64,000 nucleotides of DNA. It comes from an uncultured delta proteobacterium. GTDB lineage: Bacteria; Myxococcota; UBA727; VGSZ01. Positions 19,898 through 30,300 of the stretch are shown piece after piece. The DNA lies in contig CAVZJB010000005.1 of NCBI GenBank assembly GCA_963775425.1, positions 576,001 through 640,000 on the forward strand. The letters run 5' to 3'. The stretch's first letter is position 1, and each line of letters begins with the position of its first letter. The position numbers were made by a program, and so were the translations under genes. The notes beneath the pieces were generated by a model. It saw only the letters and a program-made list of their open reading frames with translations, searched no databases and was not told the origin of the DNA.

Positions 19898-20391
19898 CGG
19901 TGCGGGTGGTGGTCGTGGCCGCGCCGCGCGTGCGGCCGCTGCGGCGCCGTCTGCTCCTCTTCGACGGCGGTCATCGCCGCCTCCATCTGCGCGCCGAGGG
20001 CGAGCAGCTCGTCGTCACCGAGGGTCTGCGCGAGGGGGAAGATGACCTGCTCCTCCTCCTCGAGGTGTTTGTCGAGGAGCTCGGCGAGCACCGAGATCCT
20101 GGCGCGGAAGCGGCGGTCGCTGGTGTCGAGCGACGGGAGCTCCTCGAGGAGCAGGCTCACCACGTGGTGCTCCTCGTAGGCCTCGTCGATCACCTCTTCG
20201 GCGCGGCGCGTGCCGACGGCGCGCACCGCCGGATAGAAGATGTCCTCTTCGATCTGCGTGTGGACGAACAGCAGCATGCCGAGGTCCTCGAGGACCGCGC
20301 GCCGCGCCGTGTTCCCCTCCGCGTGCTCGGCTTTGCGAAGGAGGCTTTTCACCTCGTGGTGCTGCCGCCCGAGAAGATCCGTGGCTCTCAT
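19894..20391 (-). CDS. Hemerythrin (HHE) domain protein
   Basis: QHHEV, HTQIEEDIFYP, EEHHVV, HLEEEEQVIFP. Confidence 0.88.
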   Translation of the reverse strand: MRATDLLGRQHHEVKSLLRKAEHAEGNTARRAVLEDLGMLLFVHTQIEEDIFYPAVRAVGTRRAEEVIDEAYEEHHVVSLLLEELPSLDTSDRRFRARISVLAELLDKHLEEEEQVIFPLAQTLGDDELLALGAQMEAAMTAVEEEQTAPQRPHARRGHDHHPHR

Positions 20392-20567
20392 GTCGACAAA
20401 CCTCCTCGGAGATCCATGCACGAAGCCGGCCCGCGAACGCCCGCGACGTCGTCGAAGACCGCCGGTGGGGCGGTGCGCGGGGGCGCAGAGGCGCGGGCCC
20501 TTTGGCGCACGGCCCGCCGTGGACGTGCGCCTTTGTCCTCGCGGCACCGGGATGGTACGTGTGGGCC

Positions 20568-21845
20568 ATGTCGCGCACCGTCGTCGCCGCCGCCTTGTCC
20601 GCGCTCCTCGTGTCCGCGGGTTGCCTGAGCCCCCCGGGCGTGGGGCGCGCCGCCGACCCCGCCCACGCCGACGGCCCCGCGCCGTGGGGCTCGGCCACCA
20701 CCAACGCCGAGCTCGACAAGAAGGTGAAGCTCCTGAACGACATCCTCGACGGCAAGCTCAAGCCCGTCGACCTGCCCGCGCGCGTCGAGAAGGACTGGCC
20801 GAAGATGTCCGCCGACGAGCGCAAGAAGTCGCTCGAGGGCATCAGCGATCTGATGGAGGACCTCAAGTCTGCGGGCAAGGCCGGCACCGCCATCCCGCCG
20901 GGGCCCGATCGCGACATGGCCATGGCGCAGCTCTACTTCGGCGAGCGCCGCTTCATCGAGGCCGCCGAGCTGCTCTCCGGCATCCTCGACAAAAACCCCA
21001 TCTACCCAGGCGCGCGCAACCTGCTCGCGCGCTGCTTCTTCTTCCTGCAAAACCGCGATCGCACCATCACGGAGCTCGAGTTCGTGCTGCAGGACAAGGA
21101 GCAGCAGAAGGACAAAAACGAGGTCCTCGACGCGCTCTTCCTCATGGGCGCCGCCGTCGCCGAGACGCCGGGCATGTCGCGCGAGAACATGGAGAAGGGC
21201 AAGCACGCCTGGGAGACCTATCTGCAGCTCGCGCCGGACAGCCCGCAGAAGGGACAGGTCGAAAAGGGCCTCAAGGACATCGAGGCCGGCCTGCGCGGCG
21301 AGGGGCGCCTGGCGCAGCCGCTCATCCCCACGTCGAGCGCCGCCCCCGCGGACTCGGGCGGCAGGCAAGCCGTGATGGGCGGCCCCGCGCAGCCGGTGCC
21401 CATGGGCCCGGGCTCCGCGCCGCCCGAGGAGAAAGAGAGCCGCGTCGCGCAGCTCAAGCCCGACGCCACGCCCGCCGAGCGTGAGCTCGCCGAGGGGCTC
21501 GACGCGCTCGCCGAGCGCGACCTCGGCACCGCGGAGCAGAAGCTCAAGGCCGCCGCCGACGCCACCACCGGTCGCGCGCAGTCGGAGGCGCGCGTGGGGC
21601 TCGCGCGCGTCTACGTGCAGACCGGCCGCATCCAGGACGCCGTGCGGGGCTTCGGCGAGGTCATCAAGGTCGACCCCGACTACATGCCCGCGTGGCACTA
21701 CCTCGGCATGGCGCACATGATGTCCGGCGATCCCGAGCAGGCGGCGAGCGCCTGGCAGAAGATCGTCGACAAGGATCCCGCGTACGCGCAGAAGTTCCAC
21801 CTCGATCAGCGCATCGAGGTCGCCAAGCGCATGGCCGGGAAATAG
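20568..21845 (+). CDS. Tetratricopeptide repeat lipoprotein
   Basis: Lipobox SAGC; multiple TPRs (ARNLLARCFF, ARVGLARVYVQTG, AWHYLGMAHMMSG). Confidence 0.82.
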   Translation: MSRTVVAAALSALLVSAGCLSPPGVGRAADPAHADGPAPWGSATTNAELDKKVKLLNDILDGKLKPVDLPARVEKDWPKMSADERKKSLEGISDLMEDLKSAGKAGTAIPPGPDRDMAMAQLYFGERRFIEAAELLSGILDKNPIYPGARNLLARCFFFLQNRDRTITELEFVLQDKEQQKDKNEVLDALFLMGAAVAETPGMSRENMEKGKHAWETYLQLAPDSPQKGQVEKGLKDIEAGLRGEGRLAQPLIPTSSAAPADSGGRQAVMGGPAQPVPMGPGSAPPEEKESRVAQLKPDATPAERELAEGLDALAERDLGTAEQKLKAAADATTGRAQSEARVGLARVYVQTGRIQDAVRGFGEVIKVDPDYMPAWHYLGMAHMMSGDPEQAASAWQKIVDKDPAYAQKFHLDQRIEVAKRMAGK

Positions 21846-21976
21846 CCGTCGTTGTGAGGCGCGTGTGCCGCGCGCATCCGCGCGGCCCGCATGTGGCGCG
21901 CGCACATCTCGACTGGCGCTCCCGTTGACGTGGGGTACAACGCGAGCACTGCGGCTTGCCGTCATAGGGGTGCTCG

Positions 21977-23680
21977 ATGTTGCGCGTGTTGCTCGTGTCC
22001 GTCGCGTTGGTCACGTTGTCGTCGTCGTTGGGCTGCAGCTCGTGCGGCGGATCCGCGGAAGGCGAGGGCGAAGGAGAGGGCGACGCCGGCGAAGGCGAAG
22101 GCGAAGGCGAAGGCGAGGGCGAAGGCGAGGGCGAGGGTGAAGGCGAGCTCCTGGTGAGCGACGAGGCGCGCGAGCTCTGCCAGATCTACGAGCGCGGGGT
22201 GGCGTCGTTCACGATCCAGGTGGTCGGCGCGCTGGGGACGCCCCAGCGCTGCGTCGCCGCCGACATCGTCCCTGTCGATCCGTCACAGTTCAACGACGTC
22301 GCCGTGCAGGCCTGCGCCGACGACGCCTTCCAGGTGAACCAGGACTTCGAGCTCGCCATCGAGGGCGGCCGCGTCACGTTCGACATCGCGGCCGTGCGCG
22401 CCTGCTCCGCGCTCGACGTCGCCCAGCTCGCCGCCGACGGCGCCACCGAGCTCCCGCCCGAGTGCGCGCTCGACGCGCTCTTCACGTCCCACGGGCAGCA
22501 GGGCGATCCCTGCGCGCAGGACTGGGATTGCTCGGGTGAGCTGCACTGCGAGGCCGACGTCCTCACCGTCGACGAGCTCACCTGCCTGCCGCCCGCGCAG
22601 CAGGGCGAGGCGTGCCTCGACGCCGTCGACGGCGGGCTCATCCCGACCACGCTGCCGGTGCGCTCGTGCGACACCAACCTCACCTGCACCGACTTCGCCT
22701 GCGTGCCCAAGGCCGGCACCGGCGCCGCCTGCAGCGTCTCCGACGACTGCCAGGACGGGCTGCGCTGCAACACCGCCGTCACGCCGAGCGTGTGCGCCGC
22801 CAGGTCGGACGCGGGTCAGCCGTGCGGCAGCGACGCCGACTGCGCCGACGCCGCGCCGCGCTGCTCGCCCGCGGGCACGTGCGCTGCGCCGCTCGACGAC
22901 GGCGCCGCGTGCGACGCCGCCGCCGACGTCTGCGGCACGCAGTGCTCGGTGTGCCGTCCCGTCACGGCGGGCGGCGCGACGACGACGTGTCAGGACCGCG
23001 CCCTCTCCGGCGGCGCCTGCGCCACGAGCGGCGACTGCGGACACGGCTTCGTGTGCGACGACGGCTCGCACCAGTGCGTCGCGGGCGGCGCCGCCGGCGC
23101 GTCGTGCGCCGCCAGCGACGATTGCCTCGACGGTCTCGTCTGCGGCGGCACCAACTTCGACACCTGCGTGACGCAGCCCGACCTCGGCGACGCTTGCGGC
23201 GCCGACACCACCACGTCGTGCAAGCAGGGCGCGTGCTCCGGTGGCACCTGCGTCGCCGGCAACGCGGGCGACGCCTGCGACAGCGACAGCGTGTGTCAGG
23301 GCGGCCTGCTCTGTGACGCCACGGCGCAGCAGTGCGCCGCCGCGCCCACGAGCGGCGCTTGCTCCCTCGACGGCGCCTGCGCCGACGGCTTCACCTGCGA
23401 CGACGGCGACACCTGCGTCGCGCTCCCCGGCCTGGGCGAGACCTGCGTCGGCGCCGCCGGCGACTGCGGCGCGGGCCTGTTCTGCGACGACACCACCACC
23501 TGCCAGGCGCAGAAGGACCCCGGCTCCACCTGCACCGCAGACGACGAGTGCACCGGTGTCTGCGTCAACGGCACCTGCAGCGCGGTCGGCCCCTCTTGCA
23601 CGTCGAGCAAGGAGTTCTTCCCGATCTTCGTGATCCTCTCCCTCGTGCCGCCGACCCTGCGCCGCCTCAAGCGCCGCTGA
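21977..23680 (+). CDS. Cysteine-rich surface lipoprotein with (GE)n linker and C-terminal hydrophobic/basic tail
   Basis: Lipobox LGC; many G..C..D.DC..GL.C modules; tail FFPIFVILSLVPPTLRRLKRR. Confidence 0.78.
   Translation: MLRVLLVSVALVTLSSSLGCSSCGGSAEGEGEGEGDAGEGEGEGEGEGEGEGEGEGELLVSDEARELCQIYERGVASFTIQVVGALGTPQRCVAADIVPVDPSQFNDVAVQACADDAFQVNQDFELAIEGGRVTFDIAAVRACSALDVAQLAADGATELPPECALDALFTSHGQQGDPCAQDWDCSGELHCEADVLTVDELTCLPPAQQGEACLDAVDGGLIPTTLPVRSCDTNLTCTDFACVPKAGTGAACSVSDDCQDGLRCNTAVTPSVCAARSDAGQPCGSDADCADAAPRCSPAGTCAAPLDDGAACDAAADVCGTQCSVCRPVTAGGATTTCQDRALSGGACATSGDCGHGFVCDDGSHQCVAGGAAGASCAASDDCLDGLVCGGTNFDTCVTQPDLGDACGADTTTSCKQGACSGGTCVAGNAGDACDSDSVCQGGLLCDATAQQCAAAPTSGACSLDGACADGFTCDDGDTCVALPGLGETCVGAAGDCGAGLFCDDTTTCQAQKDPGSTCTADDECTGVCVNGTCSAVGPSCTSSKEFFPIFVILSLVPPTLRRLKRR
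22058..22147 (+). repeat. Hexamer repeat (GAAGGC/GAGGGC)n encoding Gly-Glu tract
   Basis: Directly visible. Confidence 0.9.
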
Positions 23681-23719
23681 GCTCGGTACCTTCGCGGGCC
23701 CGGCCGAGCGCGTCGCCCG

Positions 23720-25129
23720 TCAGGCGCTCGTCGCCGTGAGCGGGAGCTGGCGCTCGTCGCGGATGATCTCTTCGAACACCTCCGGAACGAGCAGGGCCTC
23801 GTCGACGGCGGCGCGCGCCTGGCCCGCCCGCACCGCGGCGAGCGCGACGGCGGCCGCGACTTTGGCGTGCACGCCCTCGTCGAGCGGCGTGGGCACGAGG
23901 TCGCCCTCCTCCGCCGAGGCGGCGAGGATGATGGCGGCGGCCATCTTCATCTCGTCGGAGATGGCCGTGGCCTTCACGGCGAGCGCGCCGAGCAACACGC
24001 CCGGCACCGCCACGGCGCTGGAGATGGCTTTGCCGTCGGCGGCGAAGGCGGCGCCCGCGAGCTGCGCGTCGTAGGGCTCGATCTCCGGCCGCGGCTCCGA
24101 CAGCGCGATGATCACCTGGCCCTCGCGCACCTGCGACGGCGCGATGACGCCCGTGTGCCCGGTGTTGGCGACCACGACGTCGGCGGCGGCCATGATCTCG
24201 TCGATGCCCGCCGTCTTTCCGCCGGCCGAGACGTGCCGCGAGATGGCGGCGGGGTGCACGTCGTCGCCGATCACGGGGTTGCCGGTGTGCTTCATCACCA
24301 GGCGCGCGATGGCGCCGCCGGCCGTGCCGAGACCGATCTGCCCGATGACCGCCTTGTGCAGGTCGAGGTGCGCGCGCCTGCATGCGTTGATGACCGCGGC
24401 GAGGCCGACGATGGCCGGGCTGTCGGCGTCGTCGTGGTACACGGGCATCTTCAGCCGGTCCGCGATCTTGGTGGCGCAGCGCGGGCCGCGCGGCGCGGCG
24501 ATGGAGTCGAGGATGACGGCGCCGAACGAGGGCGCCAACGCGCACACGGTGTCGCAGAGCTGCTCCTCGCTGTCGACGTCGAGGCACAACGGCAGCGACG
24601 ACAACCCCGCCAGGCTCGCGAGCAGCATGGCCTTGCCCTCGACCACCGGCAGCATCGCGCGCGGGTGCACCTTGCCGAGCCCGACGAGGCCGCTGCCGTC
24701 GGTGACGACCGCGACGGTGCGGTCGACGCTGGTGAAGACGTCGGCGAGGCTCGGCTCGTCCTCGATGGCCTGCACCACCTCGCGGACGCCCGGCGTGTAC
24801 GCCGACGAGAGCCGCGCGAGCCCCGTGAGGTCCACGCGGGAGCGCGTGCGGATCTTCCCGCCGAGGTGCGCGTCGCGCACGGTGTCGCGCACGGCGACAA
24901 TCTCGCTCTCGCGCAGGTCGCGCAGGGTGTCGAGCACGTGCGCGAGGTGCTCCTCGTCGTCGAGCAGCAGGTGGAAGTCTCGCAGCGTGTAGTTGTGGCC
25001 GATGCGGATGGTGTTGATCTCGCCGATGGACGCACCCGCGTCGCCGAGGGCGCTCGTGAGGATGCCGAGGCCGCCCGCCTTGCGCCGCGAGCGGATGCGC
25101 AACGTGCGCACGAGTCCGGTGCTGCTCAC
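23720..25129 (-). CDS. ACT-domain malic enzyme-like protein (divergent active site)
   Basis: N-terminal ACT-like domain; HLGGKI, AYTPGV, VVTDGS..GLG, VEGKA, PVYHDD, GLGTAG, ALSEPRPEI; GTGA overlap with the upstream gene. Confidence 0.85.
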   Translation of the reverse strand: MSSTGLVRTLRIRSRRKAGGLGILTSALGDAGASIGEINTIRIGHNYTLRDFHLLLDDEEHLAHVLDTLRDLRESEIVAVRDTVRDAHLGGKIRTRSRVDLTGLARLSSAYTPGVREVVQAIEDEPSLADVFTSVDRTVAVVTDGSGLVGLGKVHPRAMLPVVEGKAMLLASLAGLSSLPLCLDVDSEEQLCDTVCALAPSFGAVILDSIAAPRGPRCATKIADRLKMPVYHDDADSPAIVGLAAVINACRRAHLDLHKAVIGQIGLGTAGGAIARLVMKHTGNPVIGDDVHPAAISRHVSAGGKTAGIDEIMAAADVVVANTGHTGVIAPSQVREGQVIIALSEPRPEIEPYDAQLAGAAFAADGKAISSAVAVPGVLLGALAVKATAISDEMKMAAAIILAASAEEGDLVPTPLDEGVHAKVAAAVALAAVRAGQARAAVDEALLVPEVFEEIIRDERQLPLTATSA

Positions 25130-25668
25130 GGTGCCCCCGGCGGCGCGGCTTGTCCGCCGGCCGTCGGCGGCGGCGGCGGCGTCGTCGTCGGCGGCGTGGA
25201 CGGCGCGTCCACGATCAGCACCGAGCCCGACAGCACCGCCGTCAAGGACTTCTCCTCGGGCCACATCTCCACCACCCAGCGGATGCGCCCGATGCGGCCC
25301 TTGCTGATCTGCTCGCCGCCGAAGGCGATGGGCTGGCGCTTCGCCCGTCCCGGCGGGGACTTGATGCGCACCACCGGGGGCGGCTGGTCCACGGCGTCGT
25401 TGTCCATGTTGTGCACGTAGACGCTGACGATGGAGACGCGGCACGGGCCCGCGCACGAGCCCTCGGGGATCTCGAGCACGCCGTCGATGTCCCGGTGGGT
25501 CTTGAGCTCGGCGATCTGCGCTTTTGTCAGCGGGCCCTTGTCCTCGATCTCGAACCGAACGTTTTTCGGTTGGAAGCCGTCGACGAACAGCTCGACCTTC
25601 GTCTTGTCCTTGCAACCCGGCGCGAGGAGCCCGACGACGAGAACGGCGGCGGCAAAGAGCGCACGCAT
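25126..25668 (-). CDS. Hypothetical lipoprotein
   Basis: MRALFAAAVLVVGLLAPGC lipobox; Pro/Thr-rich tail. Confidence 0.7.
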   Translation of the reverse strand: MRALFAAAVLVVGLLAPGCKDKTKVELFVDGFQPKNVRFEIEDKGPLTKAQIAELKTHRDIDGVLEIPEGSCAGPCRVSIVSVYVHNMDNDAVDQPPPVVRIKSPPGRAKRQPIAFGGEQISKGRIGRIRWVVEMWPEEKSLTAVLSGSVLIVDAPSTPPTTTPPPPPTAGGQAAPPGAP

Positions 25669-25795
25669 GCGTGGCATGTAGCGCCTATCGACCGTGGTGC
25701 CAACGCCGATGACGTCGGCGCCGATCGAGCGTGCCGGTCGCCGATCGGCCGCAGGCGCCTTGTACGCGGGCGGGCATTCCGGCACCTTCCGCGCC

Positions 25796-27319
25796 ATGGC
25801 CGACACCACCACGGCGTTCCCCCGCTCCGCCGGCGTCCTGCTGCACCCCACGTCGCTTCCGTCGCCGCACGGCGTCGGCGACCTCGGCGCCGGCGCGCGC
25901 GCGTTCGTGGACTGGTTGCACGACGCCCGGCTCACGCGCTGGCAGGTGCTCCCGCTCGTGCCGCCGGGCCCCGGCGGCTCCCCCTACTCGTCGCCGTCGG
26001 CGTTCGCGGGCAACCCGCTGTTGATCGACCTCGAGGCGTTGGTGGCGCAAGGCCTGCTCGCCAAGGCCGACGTCGAGGGCGAGCGCTTCGACGCCGATCG
26101 TGTCGACTGGGCGAAGGTCCACCCCTGGAAGAGCGAGCGCATCGCGCTCGCCGCGCGCAAGATGGCGTCCCTCGACACGGGCCGCGCGAAGCTCGAGGCC
26201 TTCCGCGAAGAAAACCCGTGGGTCGTCGACTACGCGCTCTTCACGGCGCTGCGTGAGCGCTTCGACTACCAGCCGTGGCGGCAGTGGCCGAAGCATCTCG
26301 CGCGCCGTGAGAGGTCCGCGGTGCAAAAGGCCGAGGCGGAGCTGTCGCCGCGCGTGGAGCAGATCGTCGCCGAGCAGTGCTTGTTCGACGAGCAGTGGGC
26401 GGCGCTGCGGGCGTACTGCGCCGAAAAAGGTGTCAGCATCATCGGTGACATCCCCATCTACGTCGACCTCGACAGCGTCGACGTCTGGTGCAACCGCGAC
26501 CAATTCCTGCTCGACGACGACGGCCGCCCGCTCGGCGTCTCCGGCGTCCCGCCCGACGCCTTCACCGACAAGGGCCAGCTTTGGGGCAACCCGCTGTACG
26601 ACTGGAAGCGCATGAAGCAGGACAAGCACGCGTGGTGGGTGGCGCGCATGAGGCGCGTGCTCTCCTTGTGCGACGTCGTGCGCATCGACCACTTCCGCGC
26701 GTTCGCCGCGTACTGGGCCGTGCCCTTCGGCGACGAAGACGCCCGCGGCGGTCAGTGGGTGCGCGGGCCCGGCCTCGCCGTATTCGAGGACATCGCCGCC
26801 GCCCTCGGCAAGCTGCCCATCATCCTCGAGGACCTCGGGGTCATCACGCCCGACGTCGAGGAGCTCCGCGACAGCACCGGCCTCCCCGGCATGAAGGTGT
26901 TGCAGTTCGCGTTCGGCGAAGGCCCCGACGCCAAGTACCTGCCGCACAACCACGTGCCCAATTGCGTCGTCTACACGGGCACCCACGACAACGACACCGC
27001 GCTCGGCTACTGGCAGCACGCGCCCGAGTACGTGAAGGAGCACGTGCGCTCCTACCTCGCGCGTGACGGAGGCGACTTCGTCTGGGACTTCGTGCGCACC
27101 GCGTTCGCGTCGGTGGCGCACACCGCCGTCGTCCCCATGCAGGACGTCCTGTGCCTCGACTCCGGCGCGCGCATGAACATGCCCGGCAGCGAGAGCGGCA
27201 ATTGGGCCTGGCGGGTGCGCGTGGACGCGTTCCATCCGAGCCTCTCGGGCCGGCTGCGGCACCTCGCCGAGCTCTATGGACGAGCCCGGCGGGAACAGGC
27301 AAAAAGCCCCGCCAAGTAG
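25796..27319 (+). CDS. malQ: 4-alpha-glucanotransferase (amylomaltase, GH77)
   Basis: RSAGVLLHPTSLP, WQVLPL, SPYSSPSAFAGN, GDIPIYV, GVPPDAF..GQLWGNPLY, RIDHFR, EDLG, YTGTHDN, RMNMPG. Confidence 0.96.
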   Translation: MADTTTAFPRSAGVLLHPTSLPSPHGVGDLGAGARAFVDWLHDARLTRWQVLPLVPPGPGGSPYSSPSAFAGNPLLIDLEALVAQGLLAKADVEGERFDADRVDWAKVHPWKSERIALAARKMASLDTGRAKLEAFREENPWVVDYALFTALRERFDYQPWRQWPKHLARRERSAVQKAEAELSPRVEQIVAEQCLFDEQWAALRAYCAEKGVSIIGDIPIYVDLDSVDVWCNRDQFLLDDDGRPLGVSGVPPDAFTDKGQLWGNPLYDWKRMKQDKHAWWVARMRRVLSLCDVVRIDHFRAFAAYWAVPFGDEDARGGQWVRGPGLAVFEDIAAALGKLPIILEDLGVITPDVEELRDSTGLPGMKVLQFAFGEGPDAKYLPHNHVPNCVVYTGTHDNDTALGYWQHAPEYVKEHVRSYLARDGGDFVWDFVRTAFASVAHTAVVPMQDVLCLDSGARMNMPGSESGNWAWRVRVDAFHPSLSGRLRHLAELYGRARREQAKSPAK

Positions 27320-27343
27320 CGTCACAGGGCGATAGAAGACGGC

Positions 27344-30300
27344 ATGCCCGTCATCACCAACCGCCCGAACGTCACGCCCCCCCAGAACACCGGCGCCGCC
27401 GGGGCCACCGGCAACGTGCAGGGCACCACGCCGGCGAGCAACGCCGCGGGCAACGGGACGCCCCAGCCGGGGCAGGTGCAGTCGGGGGCCGGCCAGGTCA
27501 TCAACGCCCAGCGCGTCGCGGTCAGCGGGCTCGGCACGCTCCAGATGACGGCCACGGGCACCACCAACCGCTTCGCGCGTGACGCCACGTTCGACACCTA
27601 CAGCGCCGTCGGTGACGGCAAGGTGGCGCGCGGCTACGTGAAGGTCGACGCGGAGCCCATCCAGGGCGGGTGCCGCGTGCACGTGGAGAGCTTCCACGGC
27701 AACCACAACGACAGCGTCACCCTCTGGCTCCTCGCCGAGGTGCTCGACGAAAAGACGCACCAGCTCCGCACCGTCACGCTGGCGGTGCTCGCCAACGCCG
27801 CCAACCTCAACGGCACCAGCTTCCGCGGCAACACCTACTACGACCTCAGCTACGCGGACATCAACGCGTACCTCCAGCAGATGAACCCCAACCTCAAGGT
27901 CACGCCGGGGCAGACGCAGCTCAGCGTCGCCGCGCGCTGGGGCAACGGGCACCAGGCCGGCGGCTTCGCGCGCGGCGGTTCGTTCCGCATCCCGCCCGAG
28001 GCCAAGCAGCAAAACGCCACCGCGGTGCGCGCGGCGGCGGCGTCGCGCACGGGCACCGAGCAGGCCGATCTGCCGCTCGATATGGAGGTGGCGTACCCGC
28101 CGCAGCTCGTGCAGCAGATCCCGCAGCTCAAGCCCGACGGCGCCATCGTCAGCCGGCTCGAGAGCGAGCTGAAGGGCGCCACCACCAAGGACGCCATGGT
28201 GCGCGCGGTGCGCGAGATGTACCGCCTCGCCGAGAAGGCCAAGGCGGGCGACAAGACCGACATCGAGGCCATCTTCGGCAAGGACTGGACGGTCGAGACG
28301 GTGGATCGCTACTGGCTCAAGGACGACGGCAACAGCACCGAGGGGAAGGCCGGCACCGGCTTCTTCAAAGGCTTCCGCGTCGACGACCACGGGCTGCCTA
28401 TCCAGGACCCGATGCACGACACGTACATGGACGACGCCAACCTCTCGATGACGCGCCACCAGGGCGTCATCCGTTTGCGCAAGAACCAGCAGGCCACGGT
28501 CGTCAACGTCAAGCCCGGCGGCGGCCGCCGCGACGACAAGACGCAGATCACGCAGCGCATCGAGGTGGGCGTCGAGCTCAAGCCCGACGCCAACGCCGCC
28601 GACGCGTCGGTGGCCATGCGCGGTTTGGCGACCAACGCGGCGTGGTCGGGCACCGTGTTCAACCAGGCGCAGCGGGAGATGTCGCAGCTCGATCCCACGC
28701 TCCAGCTCGCGCAGACCCTGGTGCCTTGGCTCGACGTCACCCAGGACCGCCACAAGTTCACGGTGAAGAACGAAAAGACCGGCGTCGAGATCGAGCTGTC
28801 GCTCGACTTCGTGAAGACCAGGACGCTGCGGCCCAACCACGCCAACCCCGACGGCACCCCGCGCGAGACCGAGTTCTACGTGCTCGAGGGCGAGCTCGAT
28901 CACCTGCAGCTCCAGTCGGCCAACAGGGGCACCTACGCCGCCAACGGCGCCGTCAACAACGCCGTGTTCCAGACGGAGCAGCAGCAGGAGCAGTGGCTGA
29001 AGGCCACGTCCACCGACGTCACCATGGACATCGATCCGCGGCTGCACGAGCTCAAGGATCTCGACAACGCGAGCTTCAGGAGCACGTCGAGCTACAAGCA
29101 GTTCGAGCAGGTGTCGGAGAAGATGCTGCCGCACCTGTTCCCCAAGGGCCTCGACAGCGGCCGGCAGAAGGCCGCGCACGCCGCCGAGATCATGGGCCTC
29201 GTGTGCTTCGACGATCGCCAGCTCCTCGCGGCGGCCAAGAAGGCCGTGCACGAGGGCGGCTATGCGTGGTCGCCGGCGGTGGAGCAGGCGTTCCTCGCGG
29301 CGGTGCAGGTGCCGGCCACGCGCACCAGGATCGACCTGCAGATCGCGTCCGGTGGCTCGCGGAGCGTGCCCACGTTCATCCAGCAGACCATCGGCAACGC
29401 CACGCCGCTCGAGTACGACGTCGCCAAGGCCAAGAAGCGCGTGGAAGGCAGGCTGGCCGAGCTCGGCTACGCCTCCACGCCGGAGATCGACAAGATGCTC
29501 GAGGGCCTCGACCCGCAGAAGGTGCCGCCGGCCAACTTCGAGTCGTTCCTGCAGCGCATGCAGCAGCTCCAGGACGCGCAGGTGATGCAGCAGCTCGCGC
29601 AGGCCTTGGGGGTCGCGCCGGTGCCGGTGCCCTCGCCCGACGTGAAGAAGCTCGTCGCCGCTTCCCTGCCGCTGATGGAGCAGCACCTCGAGGCGGCGGC
29701 GTGCGACAAGTCGAGCGCCGGCGAGGTGGCCGCCTTCCTCGAGAAGGCCGCGGCCGCGGGCGCGACGCTCTTCGAGCTGCGCACGCTGGTGCAGAACCTG
29801 TCGAACAACCCGCAGGTGCGGCTCGACCAGGTCGCGCAGCAGAAGAACGTCCCCGGCGGCGCGCCCAAGCTCAAGGCGTCGCTGGATCGCGTGATGGTCA
29901 CGGTGCAGCAGTCGCTGCAGCGGCAGTACCTGAAGGTCGACGACGCGCTCACCAGGTTCATGGCCAAGGCCATCGAGGGGCGCACGCCGCAGGAGGCGCT
30001 GCAGTTCGCGCAGCAGCTCGCCAACAACGCGCAGGTGCTGCTCGACAACGAGGGCAAGCGCATCGGCGTGGCGACGCCCAAGCTCGTCTGGGACATGAGC
30101 GCCGTCGAGGCGCTCCTCGCGCCCACGTTCACCAACCTGCGCGTGCTGTTCGACGCGCCGATGAAGAAGCTCGTGGCCGAGTGCCTCGACGCGGGCGTCC
30201 CGCCGGCCACGCTGCAGCGCGCGTTCGCACAGATGCAGAACCAGCCGCTGGCCCAGGCGCTGCACGCAGGCGGGGTCTACCTCGTCGGCGTCCAGGTGCC

